Shown here piece after piece: positions 56,069-60,626 of a stretch of DNA of 60,626 nt. How positions within the stretch are numbered: position 1 is the stretch's first letter; every line of letters begins with the position of its first letter. Under the pieces are notes generated by a model. That model did no database searches, was not told where the DNA came from, and saw nothing but the letters and a program-made list of their open reading frames with translations. The position numbers and the translations under genes were made by a program. The stretch is from a virus (Duplodnaviria > Caudoviricetes): positions 1 to 60,626 of the IMG/VR virus record IMGVR_UViG_3300032225_000604; one strand, given 5' to 3'.

Positions 56069-58078
56069 TTAGAAGTTCGGTGATACTAGGGTTGTGCTTT
56101 CAATCAGACCATATTCATTCGCAGGACCAGTGGTGCCGACATAGGATGTTCCGCTTGGATTAGAGTGGAAGTGGTTTCCTATCGGCATCCTGAAGAATGG
56201 ATTCAGAGCCACAGAGCCGAAGGATGCTCCTGCACCTGTCTTGCCATTCCAGACTCCCGTGAGACCCTTTATGCCACGGGTGTTTGGATGGTGATAGACT
56301 TTCCAATATGAATAACTGAGTCCCTTCGCTTCTATGTATCCCTCTACGCTGCCGCTTGCACCGAGGGGTAGCCCCTGCGTATCGTGGGTAGTACCATCGG
56401 ATTCGGGAACTATTCCGACTCCATAGCGGACGCGATCTATGGTTGCCGTGAAGCCACCCGACTGAGAATACATTCTGAAAGTGACTCCCTCAAGGAATCC
56501 CGCACCAGTGATTGAAGCGGATGCCGTATTGAAGTCTATGCCTCTCAGCAGAAGTACACCATATGTTCCGCCATCGTTGAGTATGTTGAACTCAAAGACT
56601 CCTGCGGATATTCCGTTTCCACATGCACCCGATGCACCGATGCTCGTCCATGTGGTTCCTGCCACGAAGGTGAAGCCAACTGGCTTGACGAACAACTTTC
56701 CGCCCGTCAGTCCGTAGTTCTGGAAGGAACTGAATGTATTTCCCCTTGGGTTGAAACCATTCGGATATTTTGTCGCTAGATCTGCGGTGGTTCCCATTCG
56801 ATATGGAGTATAGTGACCGATGTACGGATTCTCGTATCTCTGCATCTCGGAATGGAACGGGAGCGAGTCGATGATGTTCCTCTTGATGAGGATCTCTCCG
56901 AACATCTTGAAGCCAGCGGGATGCACAAGTTTCTTGTACATCTCCTTGTATTTGGACAGGGATATCTCGCTACGAAGGGCATACGAGAAATCCTGATAGT
57001 AGTCTCCATCGAAGAGTTTCTTGCTGGAACTCAACTTGCCGTTGTTGTTGGCATAATATCCTGCATAGTTGGTCAATGCGCCGATGACAGGACGGAGTTC
57101 CGCAGTTCCATCTCCGCTATTGGATACGACAGTCGTTATGAAATCATCGACATAGTCAACGCCAGAGTCGAGGATCTTCACCGACTTTATGGTTCCCTTG
57201 ACATCGGTAAGTTCAAGTGCAGTCGAAAGACCAACTCCATTGCCAACTCCAGCAGCATAGATGTAATCGGTCTTTCCGTATCCATATCCGCCATTTACCA
57301 CTTCAATGGAACTAACGACGGGATATACGAGTTCCTCTATGGTTCCTGTGGGAAGATTGCAGTACAGAGGCTGGTTTTCCGAGAATGTCCCGAATGGATT
57401 CTTGACGAATATCTCGGTCACATCATAGTAGTTCTTGGTGTACTGAATCACCTCGGTGGCAGTGGCATATGCAATCACATTTCCCGTTATCTGATCTATC
57501 TGATAGACCTGATTTCCTGCGATTGCATAGTTTGCAGTACCACCATCGCTTGTAGTCTTGATCGATGTCCGCTCTATCCATTTTCCATGCGAGCATTTCA
57601 GAATCTCTTCGCCCGGATACTTCACTTCCGATGCGACATTGTAGATCAGGCGGAAGAGGAAGCGGTATGCCTTCTCAGTTCCCTTTGCCCCATAGAAGTT
57701 TCGTGCATTCTTGAGGAAGTTAGCCTCGCTGACCACATTGCCATTTGAATCCACCGCGAGTTGCACGGGGAAGTTCTGTAGGTACATCGCACGGAAATCC
57801 TGCGTGAAGAATACGAAGGTTCTGTCGATGTCCGTGAGTTCCGTGAATGCATCGATGATTCCGAATGCATTCTGATACTGCTCCATCCATTCGTAATAGA
57901 CCTCAACGAATCTTCGGAATGTCTCATGGTCGCTGTTGACGAAGTCGGGAACCTGATCCACGATCAGGTTGCTCGGACCAAATCTCTTCAATATGCGAGG
58001 AGATTCCTCAGACAACTGAAGTGTCTGTATCTCGGGAGTTCCCCCGCTACCCGTGAAGAGAATGGGGAGAGTAGCCAT
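56069..58078 (-). CDS. Baseplate wedge protein gp7-like
   Basis: FVEVYYEWME, FYGAKGTEKAYRFLFRLIY, YYQDFSY, VHPAGFKMFGE; between gp6 and gp8. Confidence 0.8.
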   Translation of the reverse strand: MATLPILFTGSGGTPEIQTLQLSEESPRILKRFGPSNLIVDQVPDFVNSDHETFRRFVEVYYEWMEQYQNAFGIIDAFTELTDIDRTFVFFTQDFRAMYLQNFPVQLAVDSNGNVVSEANFLKNARNFYGAKGTEKAYRFLFRLIYNVASEVKYPGEEILKCSHGKWIERTSIKTTSDGGTANYAIAGNQVYQIDQITGNVIAYATATEVIQYTKNYYDVTEIFVKNPFGTFSENQPLYCNLPTGTIEELVYPVVSSIEVVNGGYGYGKTDYIYAAGVGNGVGLSTALELTDVKGTIKSVKILDSGVDYVDDFITTVVSNSGDGTAELRPVIGALTNYAGYYANNNGKLSSSKKLFDGDYYQDFSYALRSEISLSKYKEMYKKLVHPAGFKMFGEILIKRNIIDSLPFHSEMQRYENPYIGHYTPYRMGTTADLATKYPNGFNPRGNTFSSFQNYGLTGGKLFVKPVGFTFVAGTTWTSIGASGACGNGISAGVFEFNILNDGGTYGVLLLRGIDFNTASASITGAGFLEGVTFRMYSQSGGFTATIDRVRYGVGIVPESDGTTHDTQGLPLGASGSVEGYIEAKGLSYSYWKVYHHPNTRGIKGLTGVWNGKTGAGASFGSVALNPFFRMPIGNHFHSNPSGTSYVGTTGPANEYGLIESTTLVSPNF

Positions 58079-58080
58079 GC

Positions 58081-59916
58081 TTATGCCTTCCTAGAAGAAG
58101 CGTCCTGTAGGGTCACCGTGATGGATTCGGCAATCGTTGGATCTATCAGGAGAACTTGATTCCTCTTTGGAAGGATGTCGAACCTTTGGTCTGGAATGAC
58201 GATGAACTTGATGTATGGCTGTCCACCAGTTCCCGTTGGTGCGAATCCGATCAGATTCACCTTTCCAGTCTGATAGTCTATCTTTCCGACATTTGCCTTG
58301 ACAAGGGTCTTCGTGCTTCCGATCATCGTATAGATGGACAACTTGCCATATCCATTGTCCTCAATGAAGCAGTCCTTGGTGTTGTTGTCGGCATCTCGGT
58401 ATTGGAACACCGATGTGGATACGATTGGAGTATATCCATCGAATGGATGGACAAGTGCAATCCCGAAGTCGAGCGAGTAGTTGTTGACTCCATACTGCGG
58501 GATTATCTGCTTGAGCAAGCGTGTGTTCACCCTGCTGCTCACGATGGAGTTGCTCGACACCTCTATCTGACGGGAAAGCAGCGAATAGCGGAATGCTGCC
58601 CCGAATACCTGTAGATTGAGGTCCGAATATGTGCCGATTCCCGACACCACCGAATCCTTGATTGCTGCTTCGCTGCTGAATGCGCGGGTGGAATCGTATG
58701 TCACGAAGCAATCGACCAGAACATATGTGTAGTCAACATCGACAATATCCACATTGACCGTGACTATCTTCTTCTTGTCGAGTATGTTCTTCTTCAGGCT
58801 TTCCTTCTGTGCATCGCTCAACACGAATGAGTTCTTGGGAAGAATGGAGATATAGACCTTGCCGTATTCAGGAGGATCGCTCTCCTCTCCACCCCATACC
58901 CGAACCGATTCGGCATCGGGATACTCGCGGAGGATGATGCTCTCATAGTCGTATACGGTTACCGTCCTGTCCTGCGACTGATAGTACTTTGGGGCAGCAT
59001 ACTTGATCTTTAGGTTGCTGTCTCGCTCTGCTCCACCCGAAGACGCGGCGATGGTCGTTACCGTGGCATCAAAGTCATTTCCTTGGATTCCCCCGAACGA
59101 GAAGGAAGATGTCGTGGTATCCCTGTTTCCTATTCCATTGGCAGCGACACCCTCGGTCTGGAAATACATGACTACGATGTAGTTGCCCTTTTCAGGAGTT
59201 GCTCCCAGTATTCCATCACCAAACGAAACTTCATATCTTCCACGATAGTTCTCGTTGACGAAGTAGACCTTGCTGGTGGAATCGAGTTCAAGATAGTCGG
59301 TGTTCTCGACCCAGTTGACATCGGCATTGGTGAAATCGGATGGAGACCTCATCACATAGATGCGAAGTATGTCCTTATCGATGCCGTCGCTGGGGATCTC
59401 TATCTTCGTTGCATTGCTGTCGGGATCGTATATGAAGGATACGCTCCTATACTTGCCCTGATGCAGTTCGATGTTCTCGCACATGTATGGTTCGGATGTG
59501 CGGTCGATCTCAAACGACTGTATGGTGCTGAAAGTATACTCGGTGCCATCCTTGGATCCCGTGAAGACAGTTCCTTCGGGGAGAACGGACGGAACGCCGC
59601 TAGTGGTTCCGAACTGCAAGGATACGGTGGCAGTTGCCGCGTTCTTCGAATTCGGTACATATCCCAGGTTCTTTGCAAGGGAGACTATGGACTTCCTCAT
59701 GATTGCGGAATCTATGAAAGACTCAGCCGCGATCATGTTGGCATACATCGCCGTATAGTGAGTATTGTATGCAAGCAGGTCGAGCAGGACATTGATGCCC
59801 GCTCCCTCGTAGTCGTAGTCGGAGAACTCGGAGGTGGTCGAGAGATAGTTCTTGAGGTTCTGCTTGATTCCGTCGAAATCAAGTTCTGTGATGGGAGTAA
59901 GTACGCGATTTGGCAT
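58081..59916 (-). CDS. 6: Baseplate wedge protein gp6
   Basis: ELDFDGIKQNLK, LLDLLAYNTHY, FGDGILG, QDRTVTVYDY, WGGEE..PPEYGKVYI. Confidence 0.96.
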   Translation of the reverse strand: MPNRVLTPITELDFDGIKQNLKNYLSTTSEFSDYDYEGAGINVLLDLLAYNTHYTAMYANMIAAESFIDSAIMRKSIVSLAKNLGYVPNSKNAATATVSLQFGTTSGVPSVLPEGTVFTGSKDGTEYTFSTIQSFEIDRTSEPYMCENIELHQGKYRSVSFIYDPDSNATKIEIPSDGIDKDILRIYVMRSPSDFTNADVNWVENTDYLELDSTSKVYFVNENYRGRYEVSFGDGILGATPEKGNYIVVMYFQTEGVAANGIGNRDTTTSSFSFGGIQGNDFDATVTTIAASSGGAERDSNLKIKYAAPKYYQSQDRTVTVYDYESIILREYPDAESVRVWGGEESDPPEYGKVYISILPKNSFVLSDAQKESLKKNILDKKKIVTVNVDIVDVDYTYVLVDCFVTYDSTRAFSSEAAIKDSVVSGIGTYSDLNLQVFGAAFRYSLLSRQIEVSSNSIVSSRVNTRLLKQIIPQYGVNNYSLDFGIALVHPFDGYTPIVSTSVFQYRDADNNTKDCFIEDNGYGKLSIYTMIGSTKTLVKANVGKIDYQTGKVNLIGFAPTGTGGQPYIKFIVIPDQRFDILPKRNQVLLIDPTIAESITVTLQDASSRKA

Positions 59917-60314
59917 TATCTAAGCCTTTCTATGCTGACGAATACCTTTGTTATCTCGCGAGTGTTGGTCAATTTGAATGATATCGTCACATGAAATGCA
60001 TTGTATGATTCGTCAAAGACCACTTGCACATCGTTTATTTCGGCTCTAGGTTCGTATTGATCCAACACATCTATTATGTGCGAACGGATTGCCATAGCCA
60101 CAAGTGGGGTGGCTGGCTCAAAGAGCATACTTCGGATTCGAGAATCTAATTCGGGCTTGAATGGCTTGTCGTATCTCGACATAAGAACCAAATTACGAAC
60201 TGCCCTCTTCACTGCCTCAGCGTCGGTCTTCTGAACGACATCTCCGGTGACGGGGTGTGGAGTGAAGTCTAGGTCAAGGTCTTTGAATAGGTTCTTACGG
60301 AGGAAATCTGTCAT
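59916..60314 (-). CDS. 25: Baseplate wedge subunit gp25
   Basis: FKDLDLDFTPHPVTGD, AVKRAVRNLV, YEPRAEI. Confidence 0.95.
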   Translation of the reverse strand: MTDFLRKNLFKDLDLDFTPHPVTGDVVQKTDAEAVKRAVRNLVLMSRYDKPFKPELDSRIRSMLFEPATPLVAMAIRSHIIDVLDQYEPRAEINDVQVVFDESYNAFHVTISFKLTNTREITKVFVSIERLR

Positions 60315-60626
60315 CTGTAGTCTTTGGATGAATTGAGCAGGAAGGCAATCTGACTCCTGGCATTCTCAAGATCCTGGGTAAGTTCCTTTTCGTTTACCTT
60401 GTCCAAACTTCCCAAGTCACACCACTCAACAGATATGTAGCCATAAACCAGCATACTATCGGAAGAATATACGGGTAAAATGGACACAGCCACCGTATCG
60501 TGGAGTTGATAGAACTTCTTGCTGTTTGATTCGCTGAAGTTGGAAAGAAGTCTTAGCCTTGGATCATTGTCGTGCAGGATGTCGATGATCTCAACGAACC
60601 TACTTACGAGGACATCCTGTCGGAAC
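60311..60626 (-). CDS. 3' part of an upstream hypothetical protein (GAF-like pattern)
   Basis: Frame open from the window edge: FRQDVLVSRF...VAVSILPV...YGYISVEWCD; ATGA overlap with gp25. Confidence 0.55.
   Translation of the reverse strand, partial: FRQDVLVSRFVEIIDILHDNDPRLRLLSNFSESNSKKFYQLHDTVAVSILPVYSSDSMLVYGYISVEWCDLGSLDKVNEKELTQDLENARSQIAFLLNSSKDYR

Noticed and set aside
56813-59994. 311-aa and 303-aa plus-strand ORFs
   Set aside because: Antisense to the well-supported gp7-like and gp6 genes
1-60626. Stop-codon reassignment
   Set aside because: Core genes are full length in the standard code, and TAA, TAG and TGA all terminate genes
1-60626. tRNA genes, CRISPR arrays, homing endonucleases, inteins, diversity-generating retroelement
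   Set aside because: Intergenic gaps are very short; no repeat-spacer array, cloverleaf, reverse transcriptase or HNH/GIY-YIG ORF seen by eye; gp17, UvsW and gp20 have normal lengths

Overview
A 60.6-kb segment of a large T4-like myophage genome with cyanophage/environmental-T4-like gene order; essentially all genes are on the minus strand. In transcription order (right to left): baseplate (gp25, gp6, gp7-like, gp8, a 1743-aa DUF4815-like protein), tail fibre/spike genes, neck and tail terminator (gp13-15), an unexplained 805-aa gene, terminase (gp16/17), two tandem tail-sheath genes, gp19-gp23 and gp3, uvsY/dCMP deaminase/uvsW, gp55, gp47, a 4.7-kb accessory insert, gp46, gp45/44/62, regA, a 7-gene modification cluster (TPR-bearing GT2 glycosyltransferase, dUTPase, DUF1599-like, GroES-like, cytidylyltransferase, pyruvoyl decarboxylase, DNA methyltransferase) and the 5' part of the DNA polymerase gp43. 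Two promoter classes are visible: TTGNNN-16-TANNNT host-type promoters (mostly leaderless) and TAAATA/TACATA late promoters. The most striking unexplained signal is a G-x-(T/S/C) motif pervading virion proteins but not replication proteins. Together with a SunS-like glycosyltransferase behind a late-promoter motif, it suggests (hypothesis only) a sequon-directed virion glycosylation system. No tRNA, CRISPR, intein or recoding was evident. All family assignments come from motif recognition and synteny, not database searches.
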